64,000 nucleotides of DNA from Octopus bimaculoides (Eukaryota): NCBI RefSeq assembly GCF_001194135.2, contig NC_068981.1:155023221-155087220 (forward strand), in the 5' to 3' direction. A program made the translations under genes and the position numbers. This document shows positions 39,501-52,100 of this stretch, piece after piece. Within the stretch, counting starts at the first letter, position 1, and each line of letters opens with the position of its first letter. Below the pieces are notes generated by a model. It saw only the letters and a program-made list of their open reading frames with translations. It was not told where the DNA came from and made no database searches.

Positions 39501-42500
39501 ATACACCCTTCATGAGTTTCAATTAAATTCTAAAATAATCATGAATTTAGACTAGTTTCATTAAACAACTGTAACTTTTTTACTTATCAACATATGCTTT
39601 CCTGGCATATACTATCAGAAGCGTACCCTTCCTTTATACTCCACCATGCCCTCATCAACAGGTAAGTATCTCTCAGGGTTGTAAAATATTTTATATGCAT
39701 TTTGAAAGCAGTCGATGAGGGGTCTTATTTTAAATAAGAGATCAAAGTTTGGTTCTCCATGTATTGTGGCACTGCTAGTATCCCTCACATGTCGATACTG
39801 GTTCAGTTTCACAAATCATATTCAGATCATAATACTGGAAACATACTGATTGCCAAAAGGTTCCTGATTGTTCCAGTAATTTGTAATCCTGGGTAACTGT
39901 CTAATAACCCATAAAAATATTTATGGTAAAAAAATGCCCGTATTTCTTGTGGGAAACCACAAGCTATCTTTTTTTCCAGCTTCCTTACATTCTGCGTAAC
40001 GGTTTGTTTCTTCAGTGATCACTTCAAACAAGTATGCTGGAAAAAATAAGAAGGAAATGTCTAATGGTTTCGCTTCTTGAGAAAGACTATAAGTAGACCC
40101 TGTCTCCTCAGAAAAATTGTTAATAAAAACATTTTTAAAGTTTTTACTCCATTCTGGTGTAAAATCGTCCTCGCTATCGCTGCTTTCAGTTTCTTCAGAA
40201 TTGCTGCTTTTGGACTCCGATACACAAATATACGATTCATTTTCGTTCACCATGTGCTTTTGTACCTCATTCATTCTTTTTCTCGATATCTCCATATCTT
40301 CCATTGAAAAGCCTTCAAATTTGGAATCACTGCTTGATAGCATGAAACTCCTCTTCATCTTCAAAGTTTTAAAAAATCAGCACCGTAAAAATGTGGCAAA
40401 AAATCTTTCAAAATTCACCGAGTTCAAATATCGCGCCAAACAATGTTGGATACAATAGCTCAAGTATTTACAAAGTGAAATCACGTTTCTCACGAATATA
40501 CTAACAAGATTTGTGTTCAAATTTACATTTAAATAACTCTTGGGTACTCACGGCTGGTTATGGCCGGGTTGGTCTTATGAACCAAAATGTTTTTTAGCCG
40601 GCTACAGCCAGGCTTGTATCAAAAGGGTTAACTGTGAAAATCCTGTTGTTTTTTCTCTATATTAATCTCCCAATCCTGTTAGGAACTAGAGATTTTAATG
40701 AAATGCAGTTAGTTGAGTATAAAAATCATAAAAATATAACTGTTGCATGTATTCAGACAAAATTTACTGATATGGTATAATGATGATTGGTGTACATTGT
40801 GAATGATTTTTTTTTTTTTTTTTTTTTTTTGGTAATTTTTACCTGTTGTCATATCACATTCACGTACAAAGGAAAGTTGAATACAGTTAAGTTGATTACA
40901 TATAAGTGTTTTCACACAATTTTGATTCCTGAGCATTGAGTTTACAGTCACAGAGCTGAATTTGTACCTCAGTTGGTCTCTAACTTGGAAACTGCACAAC
41001 TCCTAAAATCATGTTGAAGAGCTCAATTACCACTGAGGCCTTGCTCCTGCATAAAATTATAAAATTTCCCAGTGAAGATGTATCACTCATAAAATGCACA
41101 TTTTACATGATTGATAACTTTGTGGCTGAAAACAGTTTACATATTTTTTCTTTTCTTTTTATGCTGCTTGACTATAATGATTGAAGCTTTTAAATCTGAT
41201 GTTGGTTTAAATCTTTCTATTTTTAGGTCCCTCAGTTTATTTTGGACGGCATGGTTGCAGAAGGCAAGGGTGCTGACTGTAATATAATTGTGACTCAGGT
41301 AAAACTCTTAAAATACTTAAAAGTTAGTTTGCCATGTAATAGCAAAAATTATTAGTTAGACATTTAAAAGCAAAAAAAAAAGAGAGAGAGAGAAAGAAAA
41401 AATAAATTATTCTATTCATTTGTGAACATCAACACTTATCTTTGACTGTTTTCTGTTAGGTGCATTGTTAGTTTAATAAGGGTCACTCTTTGCCTGTGTA
41501 CAAGTTAATCTGTGATAGTCTGAATTTGTACATATTAGTTAATATTTCAGTGTCTCTCTTACTTTTAGTTTAAGTCATCTTAACAGCAACTATTTTTAAA
41601 CATTTAGCTTAAAGTATAAAGTTATGAGTTTTTAATAATTTTTACTGTATTTTTCTTTTCTTAATTGCTACAATTTAATGACTTGCAAGGTTCAACACTT
41701 AACCTGTGCTACAAGATAGCAAAAATTCCACTGTTGTTTTTGCAAATTATTCCTAAATTTTCATAATACTTCAAATGCATTAAAGAAAATAACAACAAAA
41801 AAAACACACATCCTGAATTCCAACTTTTATGACTAATTAATTCCATCACTTTGAATATGCCACTTCCCTTAACACAGAATATTAAGCCTGTAGTCAACTG
41901 ATACATTCATTCATATTAGGTTCCCATTAATCTCTGAAAAAAAACATCTTTCCATTATTGATTTAACAAATGAGTGTATTTGTGGATTGTTCAGTATGTA
42001 TTAGTAATATCTGTTGTAAATTACAGCATTGAGAAATACTGCTTGTAAATAATTAGTCACTAAAATATTTCAGTTAGTCTTCAATCTCAGATTCTGTTCT
42101 GTAATATGGTATCATTATATATAGGGGTCATATTGTAGTTGACTGACTCACAGTGTCTTTACTAAGCTATTGTCTTCATCCAGCCTAGAAGAATCAGTGC
42201 CGTATCCATCGCCGAAAGGGTCGCTATGGAAAGGAATGAGAACTTGGGGCTGAGTACTGGCTACAGTGTCAGATTTGAAAGTGTTCTACCTCGGCCCTAT
42301 GCAGCTATTCTCTATTGTACATTAGGTATGTACCTCCAGAAAGTTCTTTACTATTTACGTTTTTTTTTAATGAACAAAATGCTCTGTCTTATTCTGTTCA
42401 TAATGTAATCTTCTCAGATCTATGTTTAATTTGTTCTGTATTAAATTGATGTATCACTATTGTATCTTTGATTTCAGGAACATTATTACGACGATTAGAG

Positions 42501-45500
42501 AATGGCTTGCGTGGTGTTTCTCATGTAATTGTTGATGAAATCCATGAAAGAGACATAAATGTAAGTTACAGTAATTACATAGTTTGTTTTGTCTCTTTTC
42601 TAATACTCTTCCTACCACTATCATTGAGGTTGTTTTCCAACTGGTCAGATTGCATGAATATTCAGACAACATAAATGCAGCTGGTTTTATGAATTCATCT
42701 TATGCTCATACTTCTTTTATTTTTTTTTTTTTCCTTCTATTAAATTTTAGACTGACTTCTTGTTGGTGTTACTCCGGGATATGTTAGCAACTTATAGTGA
42801 ACTGCGTGTTGTACTTATGTCTGCTACTGTAGATGTAACTCTGTTCTGTGAATACTTCGGCAATTGTAGAGTGGTAGAAGTTTATGGCCGAGTTTTTCCA
42901 GTTCAAGGTTAGTCGTATTTATTATCAGTAGTTTCCTTCTGTATTATAGATGGAACAAAAAATTTATGTTTATGTATTTTAAAATCAATGTATAATTACT
43001 AAGGAATTTTTTTCTTGGTTTTTCATAGATTATTTCTTAGAGGATTGTATTCAAATGACTAATTTCGTGCCACCACCATCAGATAGAAAGAAAAAGAAAG
43101 AGAAAGATGAGGATGGAGAAGATGGTGACAAAGAGGTAATCTTATGATTCTCAAATAGTACCAGAATTTGTATTAATATATATATATTTTTCCATCAATC
43201 ATTTTCAATTGGAGCAATACTTCTGTGTATTATGTTCAACCTCTGAAGTTTATTCAAACTGATTAGAAAGCTCCATATTTATTAAGTACAACATGTATGA
43301 GGATATAAATAAAAATAATTTTTGTAGCTTTTTCTTTACATTTTTACTGTTAGTATATTTCTTTACCTATTTTCCTTAGAAGACAATTTAGTATATTTCG
43401 ACTCTTTATTTTACAGGAAAATTGCAATTTGCTGATATCTGGTGACTACTCAGAAGCCACTCGAAGAGCAATGGCTATGTTAAATGAGAAAGAAATGTCA
43501 TTTGAATTAATTGAAGTAAGTTCTATTTTTAATGCAATAGGATAAGATTTCAAGCATTGTTAGTAATAGTAGTCAATGTTGAATATTAGAATGATTAAAA
43601 AATCCTGTATTCTTGTAACATTACATCTTGTTTCTTGTCAGGCATTACTACAATACATCAAAAGTCTGAATATTCCCGGTGCTGTCTTAATTTTCTTACC
43701 TGGCTGGAATCTCATCTTTGCTCTACAGAAACACCTGGAGATGTCGGCTGAGTTTGGTAAGTTTGATTGTCTTAAGTTAGCACTTTTGTTTCTTCCTTTT
43801 TTTTTTGTAGTTTTTGGACAGTAGCTAATACAAGCACATCTACATAAAATATTACTTTCAATAACCTTTTTGAACTTCTGTAAAAAAAATTTTAAGTTCT
43901 GATTTTCTTACCAGTGAGTGTAATGATATTCTAAATCCCATTATAAAATATTACATTTTCAGGCTCTTCTAGGTATCGAATTCTTCCTTTACATTCACAA
44001 ATACCTCGAGAAGACCAAAAGAAAGTATTTGAAAGCGTGCCACCTGGTATTACGAAGGTAAGTTTACCTTGTACTGACTATGATTTTTAGAGTAATAAAT
44101 TAATAATTGAAATAATACCCGCTTTTTTCTTTCACTATCATCATCATCATCGTTTAACGTCCGCTTTCCATGCTAGCATGGGTTGGACGATTTGACTGAG
44201 GACTGGTGAAACCGGATGGCAACACCAGGCTCCAGTCCGATTTGGCAGAGTTTCTACAGCTGGATGCCCTTCCTAACGCCAACCACTCAGAGAGTGTAGT
44301 GGGTGCTTTTACGTGTCACCCGCACGAAAACGGCCACGCTCGAAATGGTGTCTTTTATGTGCCACCCGCACAAGCCAGTCCAGGGGCACTGGCAACGATC
44401 TTACTTGGCTTGCCGGGTCTTCTCACGCACAGCCCATTTCCAAAGGTCTCGGTCCGTAGTCATCGCCTCGGTGAGGCCCAATGTACGAAGGTCTTGCCTC
44501 ACCACCTCAGCCCAGGTCTTCCTGGGCCTACCTCTTCCACGGGTTCCCTCAACTGTTAGGGTGTGGCACTTTTTCACGCAGCTATCCTCCTCCATTCTCA
44601 CCACATGTCCATACCAGCGCAATCGTCGTCTAATTTTCCTTGTCATTTCTTATACTACTTGTTCACATTTCATATAATTATTCCATATAAATTCCTCAAA
44701 AGACTCAAATCTTTCTGATAATGTATCATTTTGGAAATAAGAATCAAAATCGAGATATTTATTTGTTTTTTAAATTTTTTTTTGACAACACTAAAGTCTG
44801 TGATTTACATTAGTTACTATTTAGTTGCATTTCTAACAAAATGGTAACCCTTTGTTTTTTAGATTATTCTCTCAACCAATATTGCTGAGACCAGTGTGAC
44901 CATCAATGATGTCGTCTATGTCATTGACTGTTGCAAGTAAGTTTAAAATTATCCCAAGTCTTTGTTACTATTATTGTAATGTCTGCATTTCTTAGTTAAC
45001 ATTCTACAATGTGGTTTTATTGGTATATTTCAGAGCTAAAATGAAACTCTTCACTTCACACAACAACATGACTAATTATGCTACTTTATGGGCTTCCAAA
45101 ACTAACTTGGAACAACGTCGTGGGCGTGCTGGACGTGTTCGGCCTGGATTCTGCTTTCATCTTTGTAGCAGAGCCAGGTATGAAAGGTGAGTGATAGTGC
45201 TTTGTATACTTCCTTCATAAAATTCCATTCAGTAAATTAAAAAGACAAAATATATTGTAATAAATCAGTAAGCTATAACAATGTTAGTGATATGAACATA
45301 ATTTGTTAGTAATTCTTTAATCTTTAAGCATAATACTCATTAAACAAGGCATAGTAAAATGTAACTTTACTTTGAGAATTTGTTTACATACTATTTAAAG
45401 AAATGTATATTGGATGCTTTTGGTGTTTAGCTTTCTCAAAATTTGTGTCTATGATAGAAATTAATGTTATGATTGAGATAAGGCAGAGATATTGTATTTT

Positions 45501-48500
45501 CTTAATTTTGATTTCAATGTAGTTTTGATGATTAGTTAAAATCAGTGCTGTTTATTTTCAGGCTAGAACAACATACAACACCTGAAATATTCCGCACACC
45601 ACTTCATGAATTAGCATTGGCTATCAAACTGCTAAGGCTCGGGTCTATTGGTCTATTTTTGGCCAAAGCTGTTGAGCCACCTCCTATTGATGCTGTTATT
45701 GAAGCTGAAGCCCTATTAAAAGGTGAGGATTTACATATCTTAAAATTCTTGGCTAATCTAATTTTATCTCTTGTTTGCAGTGTAAATAAAATATATTGAA
45801 AATCTTATTTTTCTTTCTAGAAATGCGTGCTCTTGATTCTAATGATGAATTAACTCCTTTGGGCCGTATTCTTGCCAGACTTCCTATTGAACCTCGCTTA
45901 GGAAAAATGATGATTTATGGTTGCCTGTTTTAGTAAGTTGCAGTTTTCTCATGTCCCAATATTGTTTGCTATATTTTCTTTTTTTAGTTACTAACCAGAT
46001 TTATAACCATTCTTGAGCATCTTATTTTCCAGTATTACCAGAAGTAACTTGAGACTAATTCATAAATTTAGTTACAGGTTACTTGAAATGAACATTGTTT
46101 TTGTATGAATGGAAAAGTTATGTTAATAGAGTGGTTTACTTTAGATTTAACTAAATGTCTATTATGACATGCTGTCAAATGGTGAATCAGAACCTTTTAA
46201 TTGTAATTAAGTATCAAACAACTGAGAATCAATGTAAATATGAAAATATTCATCAACCCTAAATAACAGCTAACCTTATACAAACTACCATTTTAGAATA
46301 CTGCTTATATGTCAGAGTAAGAGTTATTTCCTTATATGCATATACCATAGAAATAGCTATGATAAACCCATGTTTAAGTTCAATTCTACATCATTCACCT
46401 TTTGTCTCACATCCACCTCATTTGTGACAATGACTTTTTTTTTTTTTACTTCTTGTATAACTAAATGCAAGACTGTAAGTAGGCCATATGCATTTCTCTT
46501 CCTCTAATTTTAAAGTTGCTTTCAGCAGTTTGATTCTTGTTTCTCTATTTCCCTTCTATGATTCAAATATATCTTTATACAGCTGTGGAGATGCTGTGTG
46601 TACAGTTGCTGCTAGCACTACGTTTCCAGAACCATTTATAACACATGACCGGAAGCGCCTTGGCTGGATACATAAAAATCTGGCTGGTACAAGATGCAGT
46701 GATCATGTAGCCTTATTGAATGCATTTCAACTTTGGGAAGATGCTCGGTGTGTACTCATATTCATTTCCATTTAATTCTACCATTTTATACCTAGTTTTC
46801 TGAATTATTTTCTCACCCAAAATATATGCTTTTATTTCAGTATGGCTGGTGAAGATAGTGAAGCTTGCTTTTGTGACAATAAATCTCTTTCAATGCCAAC
46901 GTTGCGAATGACATGTGAAGCAAAGGTAATCAGTTATATTTATGTACATTTATATATATTATGAAATTACCCTTATTCTTGTCAAAAAAGTATTTGTAGC
47001 AATGTGTTTGAATTTGGATGGCTTTTTGAGTACTTGAATTTAGCCATATTTTTAATTGGATATTGAAATTGTCATCATCATTAATATCTGCTTTTTTTCC
47101 CCAAAATATCATCTTAAGTTTAATGTTTACTGTCAGTCATTGTAATCCTTTTGTCTTTTCAAAAGTTTTCAGATCGGACTTTTTCTTGTTTTCCCTAGCT
47201 TTACCACAGTTATCTTACCCTGCATACATCAGTTGTTATCTTCTCAACTCTCTCAGCTAATAATTGTACATGCATCAAATCGTACACACCTCATTTCACT
47301 CCAACTTTTATAGATCTGCTGTACAATGTTGCTGCTACCATGCAACATTTGAATTGTTGTATATGCTTCATACAGTCTGCTTCTTACTGACTGAAAAAAA
47401 AAAGGGGTGGGGACTAGTCTAACCAATACTTTAAAGTGCCATTGAGTATTATTATGTTTCTGATTACTAAAACGTTTTTGTATATATTTTTTCTTCCTTT
47501 ACATTTGTAGAATCAGTTAAGAGATATTCTTACCAATACTGGTTTCCCAGAAGAATGTATGTTGCCCAAAGTATACAATTACACTGGACCCGATGGTAAT
47601 TTAGATATTGTAAGTAATAGATCAGTTTGAATTTGTCAGGAACTTGCTTCTATTGCAAAGATTGTAAATTTCTCACTTTTATGCGTTTTATTTATTAACA
47701 TAGGTACGAGTTAGAAATATGCTTATATGCTTTCTTAATCTGAAATGTTATGAAATCATAAACCTTTCAAATCTTAATTCAGTCAAATTCTTTACTATGT
47801 AAATCAAGAAGTACAATATTTTGTGGGTTGGTGCCTTTTTACATTTTTCTATTTTTGTGTCAAATAGTTTTTGTTATTGATTTTACAGCTGAAAGCAGTT
47901 CTTATAACCAATTCATTTGTAGAATAAAACTTGTATCTTGCTTCTGGCGTTTTTAAATTCACAAATATTGCGTGTGTGTGTTATAAATTCAAATACAAAC
48001 AATCTATTTGGATGTTGGGTTCACAATTTTAAAGTTAAGGGCCTGATTTGTGGACCAGGTATCATGGCACTTAATTTTACACTGCTCTAGTGTTCTTGAC
48101 AAAAATGGATATCAACCAAGTGTTGGTGCAATTAATTTTCTCTCTTGTGGTCATGTCCTGTAATCGTTCAAGAGGAGAAGGTATCTATGTTCGCTCATGG
48201 CAATATAGGCACCTAAAGCAGTTTGCGAACGCATGGTACTATGCAAGTGAGCTAAGGTTGTTTTTGAGTTATGCTTGTAGATAGTTGCATGTTAGCTTGT
48301 TAAGCAAGAGACAAGAGTCTTAGTGCCTTCATTATTTTTGCAAGTATATACCAATCTAATGTGTGTGTGTCTGTGTGGAGAGAAAGCAGGGGAGCTCTAA
48401 GAGATATACTATGTATTAAAGAATGAAAAGTTTAGATGAACGCTGACATTTGTTTATTAACTAAAAAGGAACTCAACATGTATTGATTAACCTTCCTTTT

Positions 48501-49145
48501 TGTGTTGCAGGTGACAACGCTCTTATGTATGGGTCTTTATCCCAATGTTTGCTATCATAAAGAAAAGCGTAAAGTACTCACTACTGAAAGCAAGCATGCC
48601 TTAGTTCATAAATCATCAGTGAACTGCAGTAATTTTGAAATTCATTTTCCTTCTCCGTATTTCATATTTGGGGAAAAGGTAATTCTAAAACAATTTTCTG
48701 AAATTGAGCTTCTGAGTTTTTTTTGTTTTCTTTTGTATTAATATTGTTATGACAGTTATTATGATGTCACTTACTAATTACAAAATGGCAGAGCTATGAC
48801 CCAGATAAATAATTTACTTTCAAATCTTTTTTTAAAATTCATCTCCATTCCTCCTAGGTTTTAAGTGGATTAGTTATGTGCCTTTCATATCAACAATTTC
48901 ATGTGAGATAGCCACTAAGATAACATTATAAGCTCAAATCCTGTAAGAATTGGCTTAAACTTTTTAGAGATTGCTAATGTATTTTTTCTGCATTTCTTTG
49001 TGATCGATAGATACGTACTCGTGCTGTGTCTTGCAAACAAATGACAATGGTATCACCCATCCAGTTACTGCTCTTTGCTTCTCGTTCTGTGACATTTCAT
49101 GAAGATTTGGTTATTCTTGATGAATGGTAAGGGGCATTCTTTTTG

Positions 49146-49176
<31 letters not shown>

Positions 49177-52100
49177 GCATTGTAATTATTTTAACTCTAA
49201 TATGCTTATGACCTAGTCCTTATATCAGAGTCGGTTAAAGAAGAAATTCCAGGCATGGAAGCAAAACTTAGACTTGAGAAATCTCGGGATAAACTGGGCA
49301 AAGGTCAAAGATTTGGTATGTAAAGACATGACACTTATCATCAGAGAAATGATTTTGCTTGATACGTAGAAAAAGAGTAGGTAAGGACTCCATACTATGA
49401 ATACAATATGGTGTACAAAAGGTCTTTTAGGATCACAGGGAGGCTGATGCTAAATTAAAACCATGTAATTAGTAGTCAGTGCAATAGCAAAATATCCTTT
49501 CAGTCCTTCAAAGGAAATTAGAAGGCAGTTTCTGTTACTTATGCAACCTGAACAGCAGTGGGGGCAGGAACTCTGAAAGTATAGTAGCCAGAATATGGAA
49601 GTTATGGTTCAGAGAGTTGTCTCTGCTGACAACAAGAGGATTCTTCTTTTGAGTGAAAGGTAGATTGTATATTGCTTCTGTATAAGTGCAGTGCTGCATG
49701 CTAGTGAGGCAGCACTGACTGCAGAGGAAGTGTGAAGGCTGAATGAGTCTAGCATGCTTCTCTGGATGTATAATTTTAGTTTGCATGAATGATGTGGTAC
49801 AGATGAGCTGTGAAATAAACTATCTATTAGGTTGTGGCATAAGAAAACAATGACTACATTGTTATGGGCTTATGATGCAGATGAAGTATAATATATGAGT
49901 AAAAATGTCCTATGATATCTCAGTGGAAAGAGACAATGGAAGAGGCAGACAAGGAAGACCTGGATAGATGTAAAAATGTGTGTTTAAGATAATTTTTTTC
50001 ATTTTATTTATTTATTTATTTTTTAAAAAGTCTCCGGTTTTATACTGTATAGTATATAATTCTTCATTTTTATGATTTCAGGATTAATTTAAAAATGAAC
50101 CCTAATATTGCTGCCAAAATTGTCGCTCTCCGTCCGGCCATGGAAGCCCTAATAGTGCGAGCCACCCAGAACCCAGCTGTAATTAACCAGCCAGGACCCC
50201 AAGAGTCTTCGCTGATGAGTGCTGTGAGATTTTTATCTCAACCAAATGCTGGTCGCTTTGGACTTGCTGACCAGACCGAGTGAGTAACATGTAGATGATT
50301 AATATTCCCCTATTATTTAAGTAGACATTGTATACTTGATCATATTGACCTCTTGGTTACTAAATGTCCATTAATACGTTTAGAGTAAAAATGTTCAAAT
50401 TTCATTTAGTTTATCCTTGTTTTTTTTTTTCCCCCCATTTGTTTACATTTTTGCATAGTTATTAGTTTCTCTGCCACTTGAAAAAGGGTAAACAAGGCAG
50501 TGAATTTCGAGTCATGAAAATGAGTGAATGGGTCTGGTAGCTTTCTTAAAATTTTCATCTGAATTCACTTTCTAGGAATATCACTTTCACTATCACTGTC
50601 CAATATTGTTTACACCATTAGATATTGAAAAAAAATCTTATTTATACTTGGTGGCATTTTTCATTTGCTGTATTCAAAAATTATTCAGTCAGTATTACTA
50701 AATCTGAAGTTTATATAATTTTTACTGAATGTATAAATTTATAGAAATAGGCAAACAAATAGCTAAAATATTTGTTCATTAGCATTTAAACTGGTTCTCT
50801 CACACTTGCCCTACAATATCGTTCTAAAAATAAACAATAACATCATCAGCATCTCGAAGCTATGAGATAATGCATGATTAATTAAAAACAATGTGAAAAA
50901 TAAGCACTATATTTGACACTGATCTGAATGAGTTAAAGATGTTGGGTGATGTACAGCAAGTGATTACATCATAATTTTGATTTAAATATGAAGAGAAATT
51001 TGAGTGCTTTATCTTATCTTATAATGAGAGACTGTTTGGTAATGAAAGGATTAAAAGCACTGCAACAGGTGCTCTCTAACATTTTCATTAGTATTCAAGT
51101 AATTATTTAGATCTTTGTCTTAGTTGTCGTTTTCTTCAAATCTTTTGCTTTGATATTTACTTTTTTTAAATATTTTGTTGGAAGATTATTCCTATCCCCT
51201 CTGCTTTGAAGATTTTAGTTTAGTTCATCCTCTTTCTAAGTTATTTTGAAAGTGTTAAATATGTTTAGCAATGCAAAAGTAAGGATTTTCTCCATCCGGC
51301 AGTCTTTATCTCCCCTTTGTTCATTATTTATTTGTTATTCAAAAATTATTAAACTCCGTTAGAAATTTTGCTGTTCCCTGTAGATCTTCTCATTCCAGGT
51401 TCAGATTTAGTAATATTAATATCTATGTAATATTAGTTTATCAGTTTCTGATATTTTACTTATTAAGCTGTCAGCACAGCTTTGTTAAAATATTACATGG
51501 TACTTTGATTCAATTGTGGTAGCTTGAGTGCCACCAATTTTGATGCCGTATATCACTTAAGTATTAACTTCTGGATTAGAAGATCTCAAATCAAATGGCA
51601 AGTGCCTTTTTTTTTTTTGCCTCATTTATGAGCATGCTGGGGATGGCCATAATATAACCTACCCATCAAAATTGCTCTATTTACTGCTCCTGTCTTGTGT
51701 AACTTTCACATAACAAACTAGGTACTCCCAGGTCTTTCAGAGCTGCCACATCATCATCATCATCGTTTAACATCTGCTTTCCATGATAGCATGGGTTGGA
51801 CGATTTAACTGAGGACTGGCGAACCAGATGGCTGCACCAGGCTCCAATCTAATCTGGCAGAGTTTCTACAGCTGGATGCCCTTTCTAATGCCAACCACTC
51901 CGAGAGTGTAGTGGGTGCTTTTACATGCCAGCGGCACGATGGCCAGTCTGGCGGTACTGGCAACGGCCACGCTCAAATGGTGTTTTCTTCACATGCTACC
52001 AGCACAAGTGCCAGTAAGGCGATGCTGGTAACGATCACACTCAAATGGTGCTTTTTACGTGCCACCGGCACGGAAGCCAGACCGCTGGTCTGGCAGTGAT

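Noticed and set aside
40077-40458. Ser/Leu-rich plus-strand ORFs
   Set aside because: Antisense shadows of the acidic piggyBac N-terminus.
44206-44677. Plus-strand ORFs such as [27 protein letters not shown], also at 51911, 52805 and 59475, looking like a repeated small-protein family
   Set aside because: They are antisense reading frames of the RTE 3' UTR repeat, not genes.
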